64,000 bases of DNA from Squalus acanthias (taxonomy: Eukaryota), in contig CM059432.1 in assembly GCA_030390025.1 (NCBI GenBank), positions 101,434,001-101,498,000 on the forward strand, given 5' to 3'. Positions 1 through 11,278 of the stretch are shown one piece after another (the first letter of the stretch is position 1; every line of letters begins with the position of its first letter). A model generated the notes under the pieces. That model was not told where the DNA came from and did no database searches. It saw nothing but the letters and a program-made list of their open reading frames with translations. The position numbers and the translations under genes are program-made.

Positions 1-402
1 CCTATTAATGCTCAGTCTATTTACATTCATAGTAATGCTTGCTAAAACAGGTGGGAATCACACCATACACTTTGGTAGTTAAGGCCAAGAAGCACACAGA
101 GACATTATACATTATCCTTAACTAGGCTTTTCCTTAGCTGTTACATTTTACCCCAGAGAGTGATTCAATGTGCTAATTCATCTCCATATTTTTCTAATAA
201 TAAACATTTCATTTAGTAGACTCTTTCTATAACACAGATTTTGTGAGCCACACAAAATGACAATTGAATGGCTTCTGTATTCACAGAATGTAGTTTTAAA
301 TGATAAATGGGAGCCTTAAACAACAGAGGTCATAGAATGGCAGTGTGTTAAGAGTGCTGTAACGAGGACTAACAATATGTTGCAAGAATGGTTTCAGACA
401 AT

Positions 403-2034
403 GGCCTGTATTTTCCGATCGCAGGCCTCCCACGGGCGGAGGGCTGCGATCTTGAAAAATCTACGCCCTTACCTGAGGGCTCCCGGGACGCACGCACTTC
501 CGATCCTGGGCCTCTCCAAACTGCCGGTGTGCAGGGCCCACGTATCCCAGAGGCGCAGGCAGTTCGCAGCGTCCCTGGGATCACGTGGGCCATGGGGAGC
601 CAATCAAAGAAGGGAATCTTCCTTCATACACTTGAGCTGTCAAATATATGAATGGAGATCACCCCAAAAACATAGTAAAACTTTAAATAATTTTTTTTTA
701 AATCACATTTTTAAAATGACTTGAAATTACAATAAATTAAGGGGTAAAAATTCAGTTGGTTGCGCCTCCCGTTAGCGCCTTAAGAGGGCGCTAATGGGGC
801 GCAAAGCCGCTAACGCCCGGGCGCAGCGATGTTTGCGCCGCTCGGGAACTTAACTTGACATTGTGCGGCGGCGCTAAAACTTACCGCTGCGACCACCTGC
901 GCGCGCAGATTGTGACGTCATTCCATGGTGCAACGCCCTTGTGGCGCCCCGGAGCGGAAATTGAGTGGCGCCCCCTGCCTTACCGCCTGGCGCATCCAAC
1001 GACCAGAAGACTGGAACGCTATCAATCGCTGTGGGGCTGGGGGGGGCGCTATTTAAAGGGGGCCTCTTCCTGTCTTTTATTGTTGGTGGCATTTTTGAAC
1101 TACGCATTCTGAGAGCGAGAGGGAGAGACTTCTAGAGAGATTCAACGTTGTGTGAAGGAGTTTTGGGTACTGAGCAGCACTTTGCAGGTTCATTTTGATT
1201 TGCCATTCCTTGTATCGATTTAGCAGAGACTGTGGGAGCTGCTCTCTGAGCTCTTTGCCTGGTACTCTCCATTGTTCTTTCCAGCACATTTGATGTGCAA
1301 GTCTCTCCAGGCCGAGATTCAAGGCTGCAATGAACAGGATGTGGATGGAAAGCAAGATTAACCATCCCCTTTAAGAACTGGCCCGTGCCATTGTGTGTGT
1401 GTTCCATTGCTGACTGACATTACATGAGCTTCGCCAGCGCTCTGAGGTAGCGCCTCACTCCTTGGCCTTTGCGCCTTAAGACAGGTGTGCAGCGCCTGCT
1501 TTAGCGCTCCACTCACCTCCCGGGGCGGTAAAAGTGAAGTTTCCAGTCAGTGCCGATAATTAGCGCCAGGCGCTAATATTTGCGTCCAGACGATATTTGC
1601 GCCCCAAATGGGGTGCGACCTAATTTCTACCCCTAAGTATTTTAAACAAAAATTTTAATTTTTGTAAAAAATAATTAAAGTTTTTTACGGGGCTAAAAAT
1701 AAAGTTACCTTTTTTAAATGATAAATCAGTGAATTTTTTTTTTTTTACTTTTATTCAACTCTTATCCTGGTAAAAGCAGGCCTTACGCCTGCTTTTACCA
1801 GGCGTAAGAATTGTAAGGGTTTTCTGCGGGCGGAGGGTCTCCAAAAAGCGGAACTATCTGCCCGCAGAGGCCCTTCTCCAGGGCAGCCTGAGGATCTGCC
1901 AAGAACATTCTTGACAGATCGGAAATGCCGGTTTTCAGCGCATGCGCTGTGCATGCCTGAAACCGGCATTTCCGATGTCCCTACGGGTCGGTACACAGCG
2001 CGTACGCACCCGTAGGGATTGGAATATCTGGACC
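403..2034. mobile_element. Non-autonomous PIF/Harbinger-like DNA transposon, interrupted by the element at 741-1633
   Basis: Imperfect terminal inverted repeats (TIRs) GGCCTGTATTTTCC ... GGAATATCTGGACC. 3-bp TSD AAT at 400-402 and 2035-2037. Confidence 0.7.
741..1633. mobile_element. Non-autonomous Harbinger-like element (MITE)
   Basis: TIRs GGGGTAAAAATT / AATTTCTACCCC. TSD TAA at 738-740 and 1634-1636. GC-rich subterminal TTAGCGCC/GGCGCTAA motifs are shared with the elements at 46589 and 57927. Confidence 0.85.
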
Positions 2035-4041
2035 AATATCTCTAAGATAAATCTACCTTTAGATCACGTATATCTTGCCTGGAAACTGAAGGGAAAAAGT
2101 AAAGCAAAATTTGATGTGCAAAATATCTTTACTCTGGTGCATCATCCTTTGTAAATGTGTTGAAAGTTGTTCAACTTGGATTTGCTTAAGATTTAAATTT
2201 CACTTATGCCAAGTTGTGTTGGCATTCAGAGAGAATCCAGAAAAGCTGCATGGAAATACAGATGTGCAATCACTCCAATATTTGTCATGAATGAAGACCA
2301 TGCATAAGCAGAGGAGCAGAAAAGGCACCAATTTGGTGACATAACAACACTTTACTGTGGGTCAACCTATATAAAAGTTGCTCCATTTAATCATTTCAGT
2401 TTTCATGCTGGATCTTTCCTCAGGTTTAGCATCACCAGCCACTTCCATAGGTGGGCCTTATGTCCCCTTTGATTCTAGTTATCTGGGTGAACAATAGCAA
2501 GAAATAAGGATTGCAGCAAAGAACCCAAATCTGTACACCGGCTACTGGAATGCATTGTGTGTGGCCATGTTATTCTCCTGTATTCGAAAAGCAGACTGAA
2601 ATACAGGGGTTTATTTTAACTCTTGAGCAGGGACACGGCCGAGTGAGCGGTTCAGTCGCCTGTTTCATTTTAACTGCCCCCTCACCGGGCATCCACTGGG
2701 TGAGGGGGAATATTTCTGCCCAAAGACTCTGAGTGATTTTATTTACTTAAGACGGGTGAATGAATAGTAAAACGTATAAAATGGTGAATCATGTGTTTCT
2801 TTACTCTCCCTGAAATATAAAATAATAAAGGTGTCACTCACTTTCAGTTTATATATAGGGCTACAAATTGCTGGGAATTTGCGTCATTAGAATGACGCAT
2901 TAATGGCGCTTGCTATTATTAATTCGTAAATAATCCAGGAATTTGCAGAGTAAAAGAGATACACCATGAGGTCCGATTCTCAAAAAATTGCTGGATGATT
3001 TACCATTGTTGTGTTGTTGATCTGTCATTAGCATCTTCAAAGTCGGTAAAAGTCGCCCCTCGCTGTGAGGCTTCTGATTGAACTTCATGGCGATCGTGAA
3101 ATTGCTGGATTTACAATGTTATTACGAATTATTGCCGCCGCAGCCATTTAGGGCTGAGAAATCATATTGTAGTAGACCCTGTTTATGCTGTGATTTTTGG
3201 CCCTGACATGGCACTCAGTCTTGGAGGCCCTTGAAGAGATCAATAAAGCTGTGGAGTCTCATTCCAGCAAGTACAGAATTGTTGCAAAAGTTTTTCTTTA
3301 TCCTTTTTATCTGTCTTGGCAGTATTTTGTACCAGTTGTGCCATCCACACCCCTGTTAGTGTGGATGAAAGTAGTGCAATTCCATACTCACTGGGGGTTC
3401 CATTGTTCCTAATCATGATGGATGGGGCTACTGGTTTTATACTTCATGGGTCAAGAGCGTTGGTACATTTTTCGCACACCTACCCTGCCATTCACTCATT
3501 AACTTCTCAAGAACCAAGACAACAATTCCCAAACACAACTGGGTGACACTGTCCTCTTCTTCTGTTGTTATTTTTAATGTTTTCTTACTTTTCTGCTTGT
3601 TTTCTTCTCTCTCTTTTAATCCACTCTCTTTCTTTCCTTCTCTTTATTCCTCTTTCTGTCTCTATATTCTATTTGACTATTTTCTCCTGTCTCTCGCTGT
3701 TTCTTTCATTGGTCATGGGGATAAGTCATTCGGCAGCACATTCACGAGGTTCCAGATGCAACATTGACATCTCTGCACTGTTATTGGATTAATGTTCCAG
3801 CAGTGAGGGTGACGACACCTCGAAGGAGTGCAGTCCAGAGCCTGGCACCGTGAGGCAAAGGACTGCACAGGTGGGTACAGCAAAGTGTAGGAACACAGTA
3901 GTAAGTGGGCATTCGATAGTCAGGGAACAGACAGGCAGCTATGCTACCGCCAACATGAGTCCCATATGGTATACTGCCTCCCTGGCGCCACAGTAAGGGA
4001 CATCATGGAGAGGGTGCAGAACCCGCCCCCAACCCACCTCC

Positions 4042-4580
4042 ATACAAAGAAGGGATGGAAAAAGAGTGGCAGGGCTATAGTAATTGGGGATTCGATTGTA
4101 AGGGGAATAGATAGGGGTTTCTGTGGTCGCGACCGAGACTCCAGGATGGTATGTTGCCTCCCTGGTGCAAGGGTCAAGGATGTCTCGGCGCGGGTGCAGA
4201 ACATTCTGGAGGGGGAGGGGGAACAGCCAGTTGTCGTGATACATGTTGGTACCAACGACGTAGCTAAAAAAAGGGAAGAGGTCCTACAAGTAGAATTTAG
4301 GGAGTTAGGAGCCAAGCTAAAAAGTAGGACCTCGAAGGTAGTAATCTCTGGATTACTACCAGTGCCACGTGCTAGTAAGAGTACAGAGAACAGGATAGTT
4401 AGGCTAAATACGTGGCTTGAGCAGTGGTGTAAGAGGGAGGGTTTTAAATTTTTGAGGCATTGGAACCAGTTTTGTGGTAGGTGTGACCTATACAAAAGGG
4501 ACGGTCTACACCTGTGCAAAGATGGAACTGATGTTCTCGGGGTAATTTTTGATAAAGCAGTTCGGGAGCATTTAAACTAG
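4042..4580 (+). CDS. CR1 ORF1, C-terminal SGNH/GDSL esterase domain (5'-truncated)
   Basis: VIGDSIVRG, CCLPGARV, HVGTND and DGLHL blocks. Ends HLN*. Confidence 0.9.
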
Positions 4581-7522
4581 TATGGCAGGGGGCTAGAAAC
4601 CTATGTAGTGAAATAGAGGAAAGTGAAAGGCAGACAGAAATAAATGGTAAAAGGCTGAGGAACAAAAAACAAAGGGCCAAACTAATTCATAAAAAATGTG
4701 AGCATAAAAAAAGCCTGAGGGTTTTATACCTTAATGCGAGAAGCATCAGGAACAAGGTAGATTAATTAGCTGTGGAAATAGAGGTTAATAATTATGATCT
4801 AATTGGGATTACGGAAACATGGTTGCAGGGTGAGCAGGGCTGGGAGCTTAACATACAGGGGTATTCAGTATTTAGGAAGGATCGACAAAAAAGAAAGGGA
4901 GGAGGGGTAGCATTGCTGGTAAAAGAGGGGATAAATGCAATTGAAAGGAAGGATATTAACTCAGTTAATACAGAATCTATATGGGTGGAGCTAAGAAATA
5001 GCGAGGGGCGAAAAACATTAATAGGAGTGGTATATAGGCCTCCAAATAGTAAAATAGAGGTTGGGGAGGGCATCACGAGGGAAATTAGAGAAGCGTGCAA
5101 TAAGAGCACAGCTGTCATCATAGGTGACTTTAACTTTCATATAGATTGGACTAGCCTAATCAGTAAAAATGATGAGGAGGAGGAATTCCTTGAGTGTTTA
5201 AGGGATGGTTATCTGGATCAATATGTCAAGGAACCAACTCGGGAACAGGCTATATTGGACTGGGTACTGTGCAATGAGAAGGGACTAATTAGTAATCTTG
5301 TTGTACGGGGACCCTTGGGTCAGAGCGATCATAACATGATCGATTTCTCACTCGAAATGGAGAGCGAAGAAATTGACTCAGAGACTAAGGTCCTGAATTT
5401 AAACAAGGGGAATTATGATGCCATTAGACGGGAACTGAGTAGGTCTGATTGGACAACGTTCCTGGGAGGACTGGAGGTAGATAAACAATGGCAAGCATTT
5501 AAAGATAGAATGACAAAATTGCAAAAATTGTTTATACCAATCTGGCATAAAAGGAAATCTAAAAAGGTGACTCAACCGTGGATAACAGGGGAAATTAGAG
5601 ACAGCATAAAATCCAAAGATAGGGCGTATAAAATAGCCAAAAAAAGCGCCAGAGCGGAAGATTGGGAACAGTTTAAGATAGAGCAAAGGAGGACAAAGGG
5701 CTTAATCAAGAGGGGCAAAATAGCTTACGAAAGCAAGCTGGCAGAAAATATAAAAACTAACTCCAAAAGCTTTTATAAGTATATCAAGAGGAAAAGACTG
5801 GTGAAAACCAAAGTTGGTCCATTGCAGTCAGATACGGGGGAATATATAACGGGAAATAAGGAAATGGCAGACCAACTAAATGCATACTTTGGGTCAGTCT
5901 TTACGAAGGAAGACACAAAAAACCTCCCTGGGATATCGGGAAAAATAGGGACATTGGCAAAGGAGGAACTGACGCAAATCAATATCTCTAAGGATATGGT
6001 GTTAAGGAAGCTAAAGGGATTGAAGGCGGACAAATCCCCAGGGCCTGATAACATGCATCCTAGGGTACTGAAGGAGGTGGCCCTAGAGATAGCGGATGCA
6101 CTAAGTATGATTTTTCAGAATTCATTAGACTCGGGAACAGGGCCCATGGATTGGAGGGTAGCTAATGTTACCCCACTATTCAAAAAGGGGGGTAGGGAAA
6201 AAGCAGGTAATTACAGACCTGTAAGCCTTACATCAGTTGTGGGCAAAATGCTGGAGTCCATCATTAAGGATGAAATAGCGGAGCACTTAGCAAATGGGGA
6301 CAGGATAGGACAGAGTCAACATGGATTTACAAAGGGTAAATCGTGCTTGACTAATCTATTGGAATTTTTTGAGGGAGTAACTGGTAAAATAGATGGGGGA
6401 GAGCCAGTAGATGTGGTGTACCTGGACTTCCAAAAGGCCTTCGACAAGGTCCCACATAAAAGATTAGCATGGAAAATTGAAGCTCATGGGATAAAGGGGA
6501 AAGTATTGACGTGGATAGAGAACTGGCTGTCAGATAGAAAACAGAGAGTTGGAATAAACGGCTCATTTTCTGAATGGCAGGCAGTAACAAGTGGGGTACC
6601 ACAGGGATCTGTCCTGGGTCCCCAGCTGTTCACAATTTACATTAATGACCTGGATCAGGGAGTCGGATGCAGCATTTCCAAATTTGCAGACAACACTAAT
6701 CTAGGAGAGGGGGTGGGCTCAGAGGAGGAGACCAGGAAGCTCCAGAGCGATTTGGACAGACTGGGTGATTGGGCGGATAAATGGCAGATGCACTATAATG
6801 TGGACAAGTGCGAAGTTATCCACCTTGGGTGCAGGAACGGGAGGGCAAATTATTATTTAAATGGCAATAAATTGGGAGAGGGGGAAGTACAGAGAGACCT
6901 GGGTGTTCTTGTGCACCAGTCACTGAAGGCGAGCATGCAGGTGCAACAGGCGGTCAAGAAGGCAAACGGTATGCTGGCCTTCATAGCAAAAGGGTTGGAA
7001 TACAGGAACAGGGATACCTTGCTGCAGCTGTACAGGGCACTGGTGAGACCACACCTCGAGTACTGTGTACAGTTTTGGTCGCCTCATCTGAGGAAAGATG
7101 TTCTTGCCATGGAGGGGGTGCAGCGGCGATTCACCAGGCTGATACCAGGAATGGCGGGATTGACCTATGAGGAGAGACTATGTAGTTTAGGGATGTACAC
7201 ACTGGAGTTTAGAAGATTGAGAGGGGACCTCATAGAAGTGTATAAAATTCTGACAGGTCTAGACAGACTAGATGCAGAAGGAATGTTTCCCTTGGCGGGT
7301 GAGAACAGAACTAGAGGACATAATTTAAGGATAAGGGCTAAACCATTTAGGACAGAAATGAGGGGGAATTTCTTCACTCAGAGGGTGGTGAACCTGTGGA
7401 ACTCATTGCCACAGAGGGCAGTGTACGCCAGCTCATTAAATATATTTAAGAGGGAATTAGATATATTTCTACAGGCAAAAGGGGTTAAGGGTTACGGAGA
7501 GAAGGCGGGGACGGGATACTGA
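4571..7522 (+). pseudogene. CR1 ORF2 (apurinic endonuclease plus RT) with one premature TAA at 4763-4765 and FADD changed to FADN at 6683-6694
   Basis: YLNARS, GITETW, YRPP, GDFN, SDH, NYRPVSLTS, QHGF, YLDFQKAFD and GVPQGSVLGP motifs. 916 aa remain open after the stop. Confidence 0.92.
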
Positions 7523-7962
7523 ATTGGAGGATCAGCCATGATCTCATTAAATGGCGGAGCAGGCTCGAAGGGCCGGATGGCCTACTCCTGCTCCTATCTT
7601 CTATGTATCTATGTATCTATACCATCTTCCCAGGAGGCGAGTAGCCGTCCCGCGCCGGGTCCTGTCTCCTTGGAGGCGGGAAGGGATTAAAGCCTATTAA
7701 CTGCCTGTTAACAGGTAGTTAACAGACAGAAAATAGAAATTATCCCCTTTTTGAGCCCTGAAGTGAGGGCTTCCCGACGGCTCCAAAACCCGCCAGGGTC
7801 ACCGAGGTGAGTAGTGAGTCTGCGGGGGTGCAAAAGTGTGGTGTGAAGGTAAGTGATGGGTGCAAGAGTGTAGAGGTGAGTATCTGAGGTAAGTCCTAAG
7901 TGTTTTTAAAAGTGTACTTACCTTTGTTTCTTCCTGCAGGCTTCAGTCAGTTTGTATACGGA

Positions 7963-8618
7963 GGGCTGGATTTTGATACTGGGGCGGGTTGGGGTCATGT
8001 CATCCACTTTTCGTGTTATCCGCCCGACTGCAATTGGATCTGGGAGATTGATGCGATTTTCACCTAATTGGGCAATTGAGTTCCAGCATGTGGGAACCCA
8101 TGACCCAATTAGTGTTTTCAGTCTGAAATTCGCCTCTGATGATGTCATCATTGCTGCTGCATTGAAGGTCTACAAAGACTGCCTGGCCTTTGCTGTGAGG
8201 GGACCTGGATGCAAAATGAGCATCAGCAGCCCTAAGTCTGCTCCCAGATATTTTTGCACCACCACTCCCAGATATTTTTGCACCACCACTCCCTGTTATT
8301 TTTGCACCACCACTCCCTGCCTGCCTGCCTGCCTATACATTTGTGGTTCACAACAGGCGTGCTTCACGTAGAAAAAGGGTTAAAATCACAAAGGCCTTTC
8401 AAAATGGCATTATAGAGGCAATTTAGTGCTTGTTAAGGGCCTTAACAGCCTATCCCGCCTTTTAGAGGCGGGACGGAGTCGTGACCAACAGACACGATTT
8501 AATGAAAATTGCATGGAGGCGGGATGGAGGCGGGCTTGTGCCCGCCCGCCAGTTTTCACAATTTTAACCCCCCACACGCCTCCAAACCCACCTCCACGGG
8601 TCAATGAAAATCCAGCCT
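7963..8618. mobile_element. Harbinger-like MITE, same family as 52255-53089
   Basis: TIRs GGGCTGGATTTT / AAAATCCAGCCT. TSD GGA at 7960-7962 and 8619-8621. Confidence 0.85.
8241..8319. repeat. 24-bp tandem repeat, about 3.3 copies (CTCCCAGATATTTTTGCACCACCA)
   Basis: Directly visible. It produces the RYFCTTTP repeat in the ORF track. Confidence 0.95.
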
Positions 8619-9802
8619 GGAGAGTCTCGCACCTCTCCGTGTTGCAGATGAGAGATGTCCGTTGCATTCTCATATGCAACAAACATCTCATTTCTGCGAA
8701 AGACAGAAGGTTGATGAGGTCTTGTATGCAAGACCCCATCAACCTGCAGAGATTGTCACTGTTTGACAGCTTCTCAGAGCTGTCAAACGATGACAATTCA
8801 TCTGTCAAGAATTTTTGACAGATGACACGTCATACATTGACGTGCTCTGCAACCGGCTCCCCCCCTAATTGGCCTGCTAAGCCCACCGAGCGGGCTTAAC
8901 ATGGTCAATCAGGGGAAAATCCCGCTGGTTGGCCAGAAGCTGATGGAGGCGGGACTGAAACCCGACAAGTGGGAGTCCTGCCTCCAAAAGCTTCCCATTG
9001 AGAAAATCACCCCCCATGTGTGTCAATGCACGAAGTGTGGTTAATAAGATTGGTGAGTTGCAGGCGCAAAAAGCCACGTGGGAATATGATGCAAGAGCGA
9101 TAACGAAGACCTGGCTTAAAAAAGGGGAGGATTGAATTCTTAATATTCCTGGGTACAAAGTACTCAGGAAAGGTAGGGAAGGAAAAATAGGAGATGGGGT
9201 ACCAGTTTTGATTAAGGAAAATATTACAGAGCTAGAAAGAGAGAATGTCCTTGAGGGTTCAAAAACAGAATTTATTTGGTTGGAGCTAAGAAACAATAGA
9301 GGAGCTATTATGCTACTTGGTGTATGTTATAGGCCACCAAATTGTGGGAAGGAGATAGAGGAGCAGATTTGCAGGGAAATAATGAGAGGTGCATGAACTA
9401 TAGAGCATTGATAATGGGAGACTTTAACTATCCCAGTATTGAATGGGGTAGTGATTGTGTTAAGGGCAGAGAGGGGGAGGAATTTCTGAAGTGTGATCAG
9501 GAGAACTTTCTTGATCAATATGTTTCCTGCCCAGGAAGCAGGTATTGCTGGATCTAGTCCTGGGGAATGAAGTGGGTCAAGTGGAGAATGTCACAGTGGG
9601 GGAGCATCTCGGGAATAGGGATCATAGTATTGTAAGGTTTGGATTAGTTATGGAGAAGGACAAGGAGCAATCTAGAATAAAAATACTTAATTGGAGGAGG
9701 GCTAGTTTCAGCAAATTGAGGAGGGATCTGGCCAGGGTAAATTGGAGTCAAAGACTGACAGGCAGAAATGTAATGGAGCAATGGGCGGCGTTTAAAGAGG
9801 AG

Positions 9803-11278
9803 AGATGTATCCCAGGCTGCTGTGTGAGGCAAGGGAGGAGATTGCAGGGGCTCTGACACAAATTTTCAGAACCTCTCTGGCCACAGGGGAGGTGCCAGAG
9901 GACTGGAGAACAGCTAACGTAGTACCATTATTCAAGAAGGGTAGTAGGGATAAACCAGGGAATTACAGGCCAGTGAGCCTAACATCAGTGGTAGGAAAAT
10001 TATTGGAAAAAATTCTGAGGGACAGAATTAGTCTCCACTTGGAGAGGCAAGGATTAATCAAGGGGAGATCATGTCTGACCAATTAGATTGAATTTTTCGA
10101 GGGGGTGACTAGGTGTGTGGATGAGTGCAGTGCAGTTGATGTGGTCTACATGGACTTCAGTAAGGCTTTTGACAAAGTCCCGCATGGGAGACTGGTCAAG
10201 AAGGTAAGAGCCCATGGGATCCAGGGCAACTTGGCACATTGGATCCAAAATTGGCTTAGTGGCAGGAGGCAGAGGGTGATGGTCGAAGGTTGTTTTTGTG
10301 ACTGGAAGCCTGTGTCCAATGGTGTACCACCGGGATCGGTGCTGGGTCCTTTGCTGTTTGTAGTGTACATTAATGATTTAGATATGAATGTAGGAGGTAT
10401 GATCAGTAAGTTCGCAGATGACACGAAAATTGGTGGAGTGTTGAATAGCGAGGAGGGAAGCCTCAGGCTACAGGACGATATAGACGGGTTGGTCAGATGG
10501 GCAGAACAGTGGCAAATGGAATTTAACCCTGAAAGTGTGAGGTAATGCATTTTGGGAGGACTAACAAGGCAAGGGAATACACAATGAATGGTAGGACCGT
10601 AGGAAGGACAAAGGATCAGAGGGACCTTGGTGTGCATGTACATAGATCCCTGAAGGCAGCAGGACAGGTAGATAAGGTGGTTAAAAAGGCATATGGGATA
10701 CTTGCCTTCATTAGCCGAGGCATAGAATATAAAAGCAGGGAGGTTATGAAGGAGCTGTACAAAACGCTAGTTAGGCCACAGCTGGAATACTGTGTGCAGT
10801 TCTGGTCGCCACACTATAGGAGGGATGTGATTGCATTGGAGAGGGTGCAGAGGAGATTCACCAGGATGTTACCTGGGCTGGAGCGCTTCAGCTATGAAGA
10901 GAGACTGGACAGGCTGGGGTTGTTTTCCTTAGAGCAGAGAAGGCTGAGGGGGGACCTGATTGAGGTGTACAAAATTATGAGGGGCATAGATAGGGTAGAT
11001 AGAAAGGAACTTTTCCCCTTAGTAGAGGGGTCAATAACCAGGGGGATTTGAGGGAAAACTTTTTCACCCAGAGGGTGGTTGGAATCTGGAGGGTGGTAGA
11101 GGCAGGAACCCTCACAGCATTCAAGAAGCATTTAGATGAGCACTTGAAACGCCATAGCATACAAGGCTACGGACCAAGTGCTGGAAAATGGGATTAGAAT
11201 AGACAAGGCTTGATGGCCGGCGCAGACATGATGGGCCGAAGGGCCTCTTTCTGTGCTGTATAACTCTATGACTCTATG
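9803..11278 (+). mobile_element. 5'-truncated CR1 (CR1-B) inserted into CR1-A
   Basis: RT motifs YRPVSLTS, YMDFSKAFD and KFADDTK. Tail ACTCTATGACTCTATG. Host ORF2 resumes right after it. Confidence 0.88.

Larger units (their letters stand above)
4042..7620 (+). mobile_element. Young, 5'-truncated CR1 LINE (CR1-C)
   Basis: Continuous esterase ORF1, endonuclease/RT ORF2 and CR1 3' UTR ending in (CTATGTAT)n. Confidence 0.95.
4021..9015. mobile_element. Harbinger-like non-autonomous element missing its left end; hosts CR1-C and the MITE at 7963
   Basis: Right TIR GAGAAAATCACCCCC ends near 9015. Internal TTAACTGCCTRTTAACAGG and GATGAC...GCGGGCTTAAC blocks match the element at 49951-51475. Confidence 0.55.

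Noticed and set aside
4792..7377. Antisense ORFs over CR1 ORF2
   Set aside because: They are shadow frames of the coding strand.
8241..8319. Direct repeats resembling a CRISPR array
   Set aside because: The units are head-to-tail with no spacers and lie inside a eukaryotic MITE.
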